This document shows positions 7,166 to 15,532 of a stretch of 32,000 nucleotides of DNA, piece after piece (the stretch's first letter is position 1; every line of letters starts with the position of its first letter). This DNA comes from an uncultured Syntrophomonas sp. (GTDB lineage Bacteria; Bacillota; Syntrophomonadia; Syntrophomonadales; Syntrophomonadaceae). The position numbers and the translations under genes were made by a program. The stretch lies in the NCBI GenBank assembly GCA_964510795.1, contig CAZEDT010000004.1:65178-97177 (forward strand), written 5' to 3'. The notes under the pieces are model-generated. The model was not told the origin of the DNA, did no database searches, and saw nothing but the letters and a program-made list of their open reading frames with translations.

Positions 7166-8425
7166 ATGATGGAAGTTAACATTCAGGACCTGGCTTCAGC
7201 CATAGACACTATCTGGGTACTGCTTTGCGCCGCCCTGGTTTTTAGCATGGAAGGTGGCTTTGCCTTTCTGGAGGCTGGTTTTATCAGGTCCAAAAATTCT
7301 ATTAACATTGTTATGAAGGTTTTCACCGATTGCACAGTAGGGATGCTCAGTTATTGGGTGCTGGGATTTGCCATCATGTATGGTGCTGACCAAGCTGGCC
7401 TTTTTGGAAGCACCGGCTTTTTCATCGGCGGAGACTTGAGTCATATTAAATTGCGTATACCTATATATGCTTATTGGATTTTCCAGGCAGCCTTTGCCAT
7501 GGCCATGGCTTCCATAGTCTCCGGTGCAGTGGCTGAACGGATGAAATTTGGCCCGTATATTATCTATACCGCTCTGGCCGCAGGCTTGATTTATCCGGTG
7601 GCCGGCCACTGGGTATGGGGTGTCGGCGGGTGGTTAGGTCAGCTGGGCATGCTGGATTTTGCCGGCTCAGCAGTGATCCATGCGGTCGGCGGGTGGAGCT
7701 CTCTGGCTGCAATATTGGTGTTGGGGCCGAGAACCGGCAAGTTCAGGGAAGATGGTTCGGTAAATTTCCTGCCGCCTCACAACCTGCACCTGGCATTTCT
7801 GGGAACCTTCTTGCTCTGGTTTGGTTGGTTCGGATTTAATGCCGGAAGCTCACTCTCCGGATTGGATTTGAACATTGGCAGAATCGTGGTAACCACTAAT
7901 TTGGCAGCAGCTGCTGGAGGTGCAGTAGCCACTCTGTTTACTATGTGCAGATATGGCAAGGCTGATCCCACTATGGCTATAAACGGATCTCTAGCGGGTC
8001 TGGTGGCTATAACTGCTGGCACAGCCTTCGTAAGTCCGGCTGCTGCGGTGCTCATTGGAGGTATTGCGGGAGTACTGGTAGTTTTAGCGATAAATTTATT
8101 TGATAAATTGTTGGTAGATGATCCGGTAGGCGCCATTTCGGTGCACGGTGTAAATGGACTGTGGGGTTCACTGGCAGTAGGTCTTTTTGCCGAGCACGGA
8201 GGTCTTTTCTACGGGGGCGGCTTAAAACTTATAGGTGTACAGCTTTTGGGAGTCATTGCGGTATCAATTTGGTCCTTTACAATGACCTATTTTATATTTT
8301 CAGTCTTAAAGAAAAAGGTAGGTATTCGGGTATCATTAGAAGAAGAGATTGACGGCCTTGACATCAGTGAGCATGGTATTTCAGCCTATTCAGGTCTTTT
8401 GAGCGCCAATAATGACGGCAGCTAG
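7166..8425 (+). CDS. amtB: Ammonium transporter (Amt family)
   Basis: 419 aa polytopic protein. Amt signatures include FAFLEAGF, AVAERMKF, DFAGSAVIH.VGG, FGWFGFN.GS and ISVHGVNG.WG. Confidence 0.95.
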   Translation: MMEVNIQDLASAIDTIWVLLCAALVFSMEGGFAFLEAGFIRSKNSINIVMKVFTDCTVGMLSYWVLGFAIMYGADQAGLFGSTGFFIGGDLSHIKLRIPIYAYWIFQAAFAMAMASIVSGAVAERMKFGPYIIYTALAAGLIYPVAGHWVWGVGGWLGQLGMLDFAGSAVIHAVGGWSSLAAILVLGPRTGKFREDGSVNFLPPHNLHLAFLGTFLLWFGWFGFNAGSSLSGLDLNIGRIVVTTNLAAAAGGAVATLFTMCRYGKADPTMAINGSLAGLVAITAGTAFVSPAAAVLIGGIAGVLVVLAINLFDKLLVDDPVGAISVHGVNGLWGSLAVGLFAEHGGLFYGGGLKLIGVQLLGVIAVSIWSFTMTYFIFSVLKKKVGIRVSLEEEIDGLDISEHGISAYSGLLSANNDGS

Positions 8426-8533
8426 ATTATAGTTGCCTCCGCATCAGAGCTAACCTATACTTGATAAAATAACTTATAAAATTTGTGGGGCATTGATATA
8501 TGTTTTCTTGAATTAAAGACGGGAGGTAAAATT

Positions 8534-8872
8534 ATGAAAAAAATTGAGGCTGTTATTAGACCCTCTAAACTGGCAGAATTAAAAGCGGCTCTTGATATAC
8601 TGGGTATCCGGGGAATGACCGTCTATGATGTGAAAGGCAGGGGCTTGCAGCGCGAAAAAAAACAGTACTACCGAGGGCAAGAACATGCAGTTGACTTATT
8701 TCCCAGGGTTAAAGTAGAAATAGTATGCGAGGATATCTCGGTGGAAAATATCATATCTACCATTCTGACTGTTTGCAGAACCGGCCAGGTAGGCGACGGA
8801 AAGATATTTGTGTATCCGGTGGAAAAGGTACTGCGGATTAGCACCCGGGAAGAAGGCAGTGCCGCTCTGTAG
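8534..8872 (+). CDS. glnK: P-II nitrogen regulatory protein
   Basis: MKKIEAVIRPSKL..., T-loop GRGLQREKKQYYRGQEH, C-terminal GDGKIFV.PVE. GGGAGG RBS at 8521-8526; the track start at 8483 is an upstream extension. Adjacent to amtB. Confidence 0.92.
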   Translation: MKKIEAVIRPSKLAELKAALDILGIRGMTVYDVKGRGLQREKKQYYRGQEHAVDLFPRVKVEIVCEDISVENIISTILTVCRTGQVGDGKIFVYPVEKVLRISTREEGSAAL

Positions 8873-9021
8873 ACCAGTCCGAACGAAAAGACAGGGGATC
8901 TTTTGCTTGCTCCAAACCAAAAAAACCTTTCGGCGTTTAACTATCCAGCAAACAAAAAACAACTTAAGATTGGTAAATACCATATTGATCGTTAAGCAAA
9001 CAAGCAAACTACTCTACACGT

Positions 9022-9059
9022 GAAACAGCTCGTTCCTCATCTGGGAAACGAGCTGTTTC
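9022..9059. terminator. Bidirectional hairpin between convergent glnK and glnA
   Basis: gaaacagctcgtt (9022-9034) pairs with aacgagctgtttc (9047-9059): a 13-bp perfect stem. Confidence 0.6.
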
Positions 9060-9097
9060 AGATTAATCGTAGATTTTGCTTGATCGTAGTGCCAATT

Positions 9098-10429
9098 TTA
9101 AAACTTTGTCAGGTATTGGCGCACTTCCCAAGGGCTTACTTGAACATTATAGTCTTGCCATTCTTCCATTTTGCCCTCTCTGAACTTCTCGTAAATATGT
9201 TCTCCCAGAGCCTCTTTGACTACCAGGTCTTTATCCAGTTCACACAGCGCTTCCAGCAGGCTGCCAGGCAGACTCTCAATACCCAGTTTTTTCCGGGTGG
9301 CTGAATCCATTTTGTAAATATTTGTATCTACTGGAGACGGCACCTCCATTCCTTTCGCAATTCCATCCAGCCCGGCTCGCAGCATTACCGCCATAGCCAG
9401 GTAGGGATTACAACTGGAATCGGGATTTCTAACCTCAACCCGCGTACTTAAACCTCTCTTGGCTGGTATTCTTAACAAACAACTGCGATTGGCTCCCGAC
9501 CAGGCAATATACACTGGTGCTTCATAACCAGGCACCAGCCTTTTGTATGAGTTTACCGTAGGGTTGGTTACAGCTGATAGTGCTTTAGCATGTTTCAGAA
9601 TGCCGGCCATATAATTGCGAGCCTTGTCACTGAGCTGATCCGCACTATTAGGATCCCAGAATATATTTTGGTCGTCTTTAAAAATAGATTGATGAATATG
9701 CATACCAGAGCCATTTATTCCGAATATGGGTTTGGGCATGAAAGAAGCATGCAGGCCATGGCGCTGGGCGATGGCGCGCACAGTTAATTTGAAGGTCATG
9801 ATAGCATCAGCTATGTGCAAGGCATCACCATATTTAAAATCTATTTCGTGCTGACCCGGAGCTGCTTCGTGATGAGAGGCTTCGATTTCGAAGCCCATTT
9901 CCTCCAGGGTGATGTCCATATCTCTGCGGATGTTTTCCCCCATGTCAATGGGGGCTAAGTCAAAGTAACCCGCATCATCCTGGGTCTGAGTAGTAGCCCG
10001 GCCATTTTCATCAGCCAGAAATAAGAAAAACTCTGCCTCCGGCCCCGCTTTCATGGTATATCCCATTGCCTCAGCTTCGCTTAGCACCCTCTTTAAATTG
10101 TTACGAGGACAACCGGCAAAGGGAGTTCCATCAGGATTATAGATATCACAGATTAAGCGCGCCACTTTACCATTGGATGATCTCCATGGAAAAATTACAA
10201 AGGTATCCAGATCTGGTATCAGGTACATATCTGATTCTGATATCTCAGCAAAACCATCGATAGATGAACCGTCAAACATGATCTCGCCTTCCAGGGCCTT
10301 CCCTAATTGGCTGACCGGGATGGCTATATTTTTCATAATTCCCTGTATATCAGTAAACTGCAAGCGAATGAACTTAACATCGTTGTCTTTTACCTTCTCC
10401 ATAATTTCGAATTTGCTTTTCTTAGTCAT
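9098..10429 (-). CDS. glnA: Glutamine synthetase, type I
   Basis: 443 aa. [55 protein letters not shown] and RIP..R......E.R.PD...NPY. Confidence 0.95.
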   Translation of the reverse strand: MTKKSKFEIMEKVKDNDVKFIRLQFTDIQGIMKNIAIPVSQLGKALEGEIMFDGSSIDGFAEISESDMYLIPDLDTFVIFPWRSSNGKVARLICDIYNPDGTPFAGCPRNNLKRVLSEAEAMGYTMKAGPEAEFFLFLADENGRATTQTQDDAGYFDLAPIDMGENIRRDMDITLEEMGFEIEASHHEAAPGQHEIDFKYGDALHIADAIMTFKLTVRAIAQRHGLHASFMPKPIFGINGSGMHIHQSIFKDDQNIFWDPNSADQLSDKARNYMAGILKHAKALSAVTNPTVNSYKRLVPGYEAPVYIAWSGANRSCLLRIPAKRGLSTRVEVRNPDSSCNPYLAMAVMLRAGLDGIAKGMEVPSPVDTNIYKMDSATRKKLGIESLPGSLLEALCELDKDLVVKEALGEHIYEKFREGKMEEWQDYNVQVSPWEVRQYLTKF

Positions 10430-10463
10430 TCTGATCTCTCCTTATTTTAAATTGGTTCGACTT

Positions 10464-11060
10464 CTAAGGATGGACTAATGTCGCGGTGCCATGGCTGACC
10501 AGGAGCGACTCCTCGGCAATAATAATGGCCCGAGCCAGATCCTTCATGGTTATCCCCCGATCCATGCTATCCTTTTGCATCAAGCGGTAAGCCTCATTTT
10601 CAGTAATTGCCAAATTAGTCATAATAATACCCTTGGCTTTTTCAATAATTTTGCGGCTATTTAGGTTTTCTTTAAGCCTATCTACCTCATTCTGGGCAGC
10701 AATTAATTTGCTTCTATAGAGCATACACACTTCAATTACTGATAATAACGTATCCTCTGTATAGGGTTTTTGAATCTGGACCAGATCTTCCAGATTTCTA
10801 TTATCGCTTTCTCCCTTCAGTACCAGAACCGTGCCGAGATTATCATCTAGCAGGATACCAGTTACCTCCATGGTACTGCCGCCTTCCAGGTTAGAATCCA
10901 GAATAACCAAGTCTGGCAATATAGTTCTGGCCTTCCGCAATAGATCCGGTACATTCCGAGCTTCTGCCTGTATGCAATATCCGGCCCTAATCAGACTTTC
11001 CCGCAATATTTTCCGGCTATTTACCTTGCTATCGGCAATAATTATTCGAGCTGTTGACAC
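10464..11060 (-). CDS. Receiver-domain / ANTAR-domain RNA-binding antiterminator-type regulator
   Basis: 198 aa with a GTG start. N-terminal CheY-like fold (IIIADSK, DLVILDSNL, IQKPY). C-terminal ANTAR pattern (L.SRKIIEKAKGIIM.......EAY.LM.K.SMD....M.D.A.AII). Sits directly upstream of glnA on the same strand, with a 34-nt gap. Confidence 0.85.
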   Translation of the reverse strand: MSTARIIIADSKVNSRKILRESLIRAGYCIQAEARNVPDLLRKARTILPDLVILDSNLEGGSTMEVTGILLDDNLGTVLVLKGESDNRNLEDLVQIQKPYTEDTLLSVIEVCMLYRSKLIAAQNEVDRLKENLNSRKIIEKAKGIIMTNLAITENEAYRLMQKDSMDRGITMKDLARAIIIAEESLLVSHGTATLVHP

Positions 11061-11089
11061 AATCCATCATCACCACCTCTAAAGAACAA

Positions 11090-11143
11090 ATGTCCGAAGC
11101 CTAGCCGGTCTAAGAACTGACTGTAACTTCGGACATCTTCGCC
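11090..11143 (-). promoter_or_regulatory. Leader hairpin (terminator-like) of the ANTAR-glnA operon, preceded by GGCGAAG
   Basis: Minus strand reads GGCGAAG (11143-11137), then atgtccgaag (11136-11127), a 27-nt loop, cttcggacat (11099-11090), and finally ttgttcttt. The RBS and GTG at 11060 follow. Confidence 0.55.
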
Positions 11144-11168
11144 CAATCATTATTATTTTAATAATTTG

Positions 11169-11197
11169 ATTATATTTTTAAACAGAAATTTAGACAA
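11169..11197 (-). promoter_or_regulatory. Sigma-A-type promoter of the ANTAR-glnA operon
   Basis: Minus strand: TTGTCT (11197-11192), 17-nt spacer, TATAAT (11174-11169). Confidence 0.55.
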
Positions 11198-11425
11198 CCG
11201 CTTTGCCAGGGATATACTGTATACCTTGCTTTTAAGGGTAGTTTCGGCGCCGGCTACTAATCTTAAATTCCTAATATTCCAGCCTTTAGCAATTGTCAGC
11301 GGGGGAGCGCTGTTCCTTTCATAAGTATTGTTTGCGGGATAACTTATGGCTATATTTTTATATTATTACAAATAATGGTAAAATGAGGAAAAGAAGATCG
11401 AATACTAACAGAGGGGGAATGGGGA

Positions 11426-13366
11426 ATGGTCAACCGGGAACAGCTAAGAATGTGTACATTACCTGAGATGTTTAATGACTCGGTTATTAAGTTTGGGGAA
11501 AGGAGATGCCAGTGGTTTAAAGTTGCTCCAGGCTCTGCCGAAACAGAATCTTTAACCTATGCCCAGGTGGGAATGATTGTTCGCGATTTATCTGCCGGAC
11601 TTATTTCCCTGGGAATTAACAAAGGAGAAAGAATCGCCATAATGGCCAATAACTGTCCGCAATGGTTGTGGGCAGACTTTGCCACACTGAACAGTGGTGC
11701 TGTAACAGTTACTGTATACCCATCACTTTCAGTAACGGAAATGAAATACATTATAAATGATTCCGGCAGCAAGATTCTCTTCGTTCGTGATAATGAAGGT
11801 GTACAAAAGGCTCTGGCTGCCCTGGATGACCTGCCATCCCTGCAAACAGTTATTGTTATGGAAGACGACTGCCCGCTTCCTGATAATCCAGCCTTTTTAC
11901 ACCTAAGTTCGGTTAGACAGAGGGGGCGGGTTTATCTTTGGAGAAATCCTTACTGTTATGAGCAGGTATGTGATTCGATTAAGCTATGGGATATGGCCAG
12001 TATTATATACACCTCTGGAACTACCGGCAACCCCAAAGGAGCAGTACATACGCATTCGAGTTTTATGTATGCGGTACAGGCGGATAATAACACATTTGCC
12101 CGTAATGATTGTGGAATTGATGAATACGGGGTACTGATATCCTTCCTACCTCTTTCTCATACCTATGAAAGACAATGCGGACAGATGCAGTCAATCGATG
12201 TTGGCTGTACAATCGCCTATGCGGAGAAGCCTCAGACTATGATAATGGATTTACAGCTTTTCAGACCAACCTGGTTCTGTGCTGTACCCCGAATTTTTGA
12301 ACGAATATATATGGCTATACGGGGTTTGGCCTCATCAACGCCGGAGGGCAAGGCCGCTTTTGAAAAAGCTATGGACATTGGTTTGCAAGTAGTGGACTAC
12401 CATGCTGATGAAGATGGCTTTATTGATATGGGGATAGATGTGGATGTTACGGAAAACTTGCCGGAGGAACTTAAGCAAGAATACCAATGGGCAGACCAAT
12501 TTGTATTTAGTAAGGTAAGAGGTCTCCTGGGCGGAAACTTCCAATTTGCTTTTTCGGCTTCAGCTGGTCTGCCGGCCAAGCTTTGCAAAGCCCTTTTTGC
12601 AATGGGAATAAGGGTCTGTGAAGGCTACGGCTTAACCGAAACCATGAATGCCGTTAACTTAAACAATCTCCGGGCGGTTCTGCCCGGCTCGATGGGACCA
12701 AGCAATTATTATGTTGAAGAAAAAATTGCTGAAGATGGGGAATTATTGGTTAGAGGGGGAATGCTATTCCAGGGCTATTTCAACAACCCCGAAGCCACAG
12801 CCGCAGCCTTTGATGAGGACGGATTTTTCCACACCGGTGATATTGCTGCTACAGTCTATAATAAAAAGCTAGGCATTAATTACTATAAAATTATTGACCG
12901 CAAAAAGAGCATCATGTGTCTTGATACAGGTAAAAACGTTCCGAGGGCCAGGGTTGAAGAAAAATTTGCTACCGCCCATTATATAGAACAGATTTGTGTA
13001 GTCGGAGATGAGCGCAAGTTTGTAGCAGCTGTTGTCGTACCTAAGTTCGAGATGATAATACCGGCTCTAAAAGCACAAGGACTGGAAGTGGATGAAACCC
13101 AAATTATATGGGCCGGCGATGAAGGCAGCAAGGTGATCATTCAGGTCGGCGAAGAGGTGATTAGCAACCCGTTATTGCGGAACCTGATTGACCAGGATGT
13201 AGCAGAGGCCAACAGTGAACTTGAGGATTATGAGCTGATTAAGAAGTACCATATTTCCAAACGCAGGTTCATTGAAGCCATGGATGAGATTACTCCTACC
13301 TTGAAGAATAAATACCGGAATATTATTAAGAACTACTCTGATGAAATAGAGGAATTATATAAATAG
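11426..13366 (+). CDS. Long-chain acyl-CoA synthetase (FadD15/COG1022-type AMP-forming ligase)
   Basis: 646 aa. IIYTSGTTGNPKGA, EGYGLTET, FHTGDI, IDRKK. The long C-terminal extension is typical of the COG1022 group. Confidence 0.85.
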   Translation: MVNREQLRMCTLPEMFNDSVIKFGERRCQWFKVAPGSAETESLTYAQVGMIVRDLSAGLISLGINKGERIAIMANNCPQWLWADFATLNSGAVTVTVYPSLSVTEMKYIINDSGSKILFVRDNEGVQKALAALDDLPSLQTVIVMEDDCPLPDNPAFLHLSSVRQRGRVYLWRNPYCYEQVCDSIKLWDMASIIYTSGTTGNPKGAVHTHSSFMYAVQADNNTFARNDCGIDEYGVLISFLPLSHTYERQCGQMQSIDVGCTIAYAEKPQTMIMDLQLFRPTWFCAVPRIFERIYMAIRGLASSTPEGKAAFEKAMDIGLQVVDYHADEDGFIDMGIDVDVTENLPEELKQEYQWADQFVFSKVRGLLGGNFQFAFSASAGLPAKLCKALFAMGIRVCEGYGLTETMNAVNLNNLRAVLPGSMGPSNYYVEEKIAEDGELLVRGGMLFQGYFNNPEATAAAFDEDGFFHTGDIAATVYNKKLGINYYKIIDRKKSIMCLDTGKNVPRARVEEKFATAHYIEQICVVGDERKFVAAVVVPKFEMIIPALKAQGLEVDETQIIWAGDEGSKVIIQVGEEVISNPLLRNLIDQDVAEANSELEDYELIKKYHISKRRFIEAMDEITPTLKNKYRNIIKNYSDEIEELYK

Positions 13367-13467
13367 GTTTTTATTAAAGGTGTTCCCTCTGTTCAGTATT
13401 TTATTTAATAGATAAGCAGCCAGATCACCTAAATAGCTCAATCTATTGACCAGGATTAAGCAGCCTC

Positions 13468-13527
13468 AAAAAAGGGCGTTGAAAGCATTCTAAATGTTAC
13501 TGCAGAGATGCTCCTAACGCCCTTTTT
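13468..13527. terminator. Bidirectional terminator between the convergent ligase and activator genes
   Basis: aaaaagggcgtt pairs with aacgcccttttt (12 bp), with inner agcat/atgct pairing. A-run and T-run flanks serve both strands. Confidence 0.6.
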
Positions 13528-13555
13528 ATCTTACTTTCCTGGAATAATGTGAAAA

Positions 13556-15160
13556 TCAAACTCGCTCATCAGGCTGTCGGTAGTCCAGTTTTTTGTCACC
13601 AATCCCGTCCCCTTGGCTCTTGCGCCCGTAGATAACTCCTAGCTTTTTCATTTTATTTCTCAGGGTACTCGGGTTGATCCCCATCAACTCGGCCGCTCCT
13701 CCCTCACCATGGATCTTACCCCTGGTAATCTTTAAAACCTGTTGGATGTGCCTGGACATAACCTCATCCAGTAAAAGCGGGCCGATTTCCTTATCAACCG
13801 GGTTGGCGGCTGGCTTTTTTTGACTGGGCAGGCCAATATTCTCAAGACTTAAGGGTCCGCACTGGTTCAAAATAAGAGCCCGTTCAATAACATTGGCTAA
13901 TTCGCGTACATTGCCCGGCCAGTCGTAACTGACCAGCAGGTCAATGGCGCCGGGGGCCAGCGTTGGGGGCGGATATATTCTCAGTTCCCGTGCTTTACGA
14001 GCAATATAATGATCAATCAGAACAGGAATATCCTCTCTTCTTTCTCTTAAGGGAGGGATGTCGATCGGAAATACGTTAAGCCTGAACCATAGGTCCTCGC
14101 GGAACTTGGCTTCTAAAACCATATTTTTCAGGTCACGGTGAGTAGCCGCAACAATTCTTATATTCACAGGAATAACCCTCGACCCGCCCACCCGTTCGAT
14201 TACTTTTTCCTGTATTACTCTGAGTAACTTGACTTGTGCCTGCAGGGAGAGTTCTCCTATCTCGTCAAGAAAGATGGTCCCATTGTCAGCACGCTCAAAG
14301 TATCCGCGTGTTTGCGACAGAGCTCCTGAATAGGCTCCCTTTTCGTGTCCGAATAATTCACTCTCAATAAGAGACTCTGGAATGGCGCCGCAGTTGATCT
14401 TGATAAACGGACCGTTTCTTCTGAGAGATAAGGAGTGAATGGCATTGGCGATCAAATCTTTCCCTACCCCGGTCTCACCCAAGAGAAGTACCGGGCTATC
14501 CAGCGGTGCTACCTGCATTACCATCTGCATGACACCCTTAAGACCAAGATGCTCTCCCACTATTTCATGGCCAGTCATGTCTTGGAGCTCATCCTTGAGA
14601 TATTGGTTATTATCAGCCAGTATCTCATTTAGTCTTACGACCTCACGGTGCTCAAGAGCAACCTTCAAAGCCACCACAAAGGGAGTCCCTAACAAGGTAA
14701 ACAAGGCCGCCTGTTCTTTGGTATAACCTTCCGCTCCTTCTGCAACCAGTACCAGACTCCCCATTATTTGTTCCTGCGATACCAGACGCATGACCAGCAA
14801 TGAGGTTGCCTTTATATCCTGATAACGGAGCATGTGTTTGGCTATCCAGCTCGTTTCCGGATAGTCTATGATCATGGCCTCATTCCACCTGGTTTGGCGT
14901 GACTGGATAAGTTCGTCCCTGGCTTGATCGGATAAAGGAACGACTATGTCCAATTTTTTCCCGCCCGATGCAGAAGCAGCTGCAATAATGCGCATCGCTT
15001 GAATATCCGGTTCGTAGAGCTGCAGGTATATCCTGTCAGCAGGTATCTGGTTTTCTTGCAGAAAACTCAGACACGAAAACATGGACTGTTCTATCTCCAA
15101 ATAGCTGCATATCCGTAATGTTGCCTCCGAGAAAAACTCATTATTATCCATCTTCATCAT
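13556..15160 (-). CDS. Sigma-54-dependent transcriptional activator (N-terminal GAF-like sensor, AAA+ core, Fis-type HTH)
   Basis: 534 aa. Walker A LLLGETGVGKD, ESELFGHEKGAYSGA (a GAFTGA-loop variant), GTIFLDEIGEL, RIVAATHRDL, REDLWFRLNVFPI..PPLRER.EDI. C-terminal AAELMGINPSTLRNKMKKLG. Confidence 0.9.
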   Translation of the reverse strand: MMKMDNNEFFSEATLRICSYLEIEQSMFSCLSFLQENQIPADRIYLQLYEPDIQAMRIIAAASASGGKKLDIVVPLSDQARDELIQSRQTRWNEAMIIDYPETSWIAKHMLRYQDIKATSLLVMRLVSQEQIMGSLVLVAEGAEGYTKEQAALFTLLGTPFVVALKVALEHREVVRLNEILADNNQYLKDELQDMTGHEIVGEHLGLKGVMQMVMQVAPLDSPVLLLGETGVGKDLIANAIHSLSLRRNGPFIKINCGAIPESLIESELFGHEKGAYSGALSQTRGYFERADNGTIFLDEIGELSLQAQVKLLRVIQEKVIERVGGSRVIPVNIRIVAATHRDLKNMVLEAKFREDLWFRLNVFPIDIPPLRERREDIPVLIDHYIARKARELRIYPPPTLAPGAIDLLVSYDWPGNVRELANVIERALILNQCGPLSLENIGLPSQKKPAANPVDKEIGPLLLDEVMSRHIQQVLKITRGKIHGEGGAAELMGINPSTLRNKMKKLGVIYGRKSQGDGIGDKKLDYRQPDERV

Positions 15161-15315
15161 CCTATAATCCTCATATTCAATAATTCGATTAAGAAGGAGC
15201 TATTAGGGATTAATTTTGACGCATAGGCCTGCAACTGGGAGCTCAAGGATACCTCCATCCGGTTCTAATGGTTTGTACTAATTGATATACGAACTGCTAC
15301 CTATTCAAATCGCCG

Positions 15316-15348
15316 TATATCACAAAATATATACCCAATCGTGATATA
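15316..15348. promoter_or_regulatory. Inverted repeat, candidate upstream activator sequence for the sigma-54 activator
   Basis: TATATCAC-N17-GTGATATA, centred about 100 bp upstream of the -24/-12 promoter. Confidence 0.45.
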
Positions 15349-15426
15349 TGGCAAGCAAATCATCATAATTGGCAATCTGACCTCCGGGAAGTTCTAAAGA
15401 TACCGGTTTGTCGGGCAGGATATGGC

Positions 15427-15442
15427 TGGCATAATACTTGCT
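15427..15442 (+). promoter_or_regulatory. Sigma-54 (-24/-12) promoter
   Basis: TGGCATAATACTTGCT. The GG and GC are spaced exactly as in the consensus TGGCAC-N5-TTGCW. Lies about 90 bp upstream of the UbiD ATG and is divergent from the sigma-54 activator gene. Confidence 0.8.
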
Positions 15443-15532
15443 CTTAAGAATGGTAAATCAGAAAGGGGGCTCCGGCCAGGCAAATAGTCTTAATTCAGGC
15501 TTACCAATAATATTTTAAGGAGGTTGCAGTTT

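Noticed and set aside
8483-8533. Upstream start (8483) for the P-II gene, and TTG 15524 for UbiD
   Set aside because: Strong RBSs sit at the proper distance from ATG 8534 and ATG 15533 respectively. The upstream starts have no RBS, or zero spacing to one, and add non-conserved residues.
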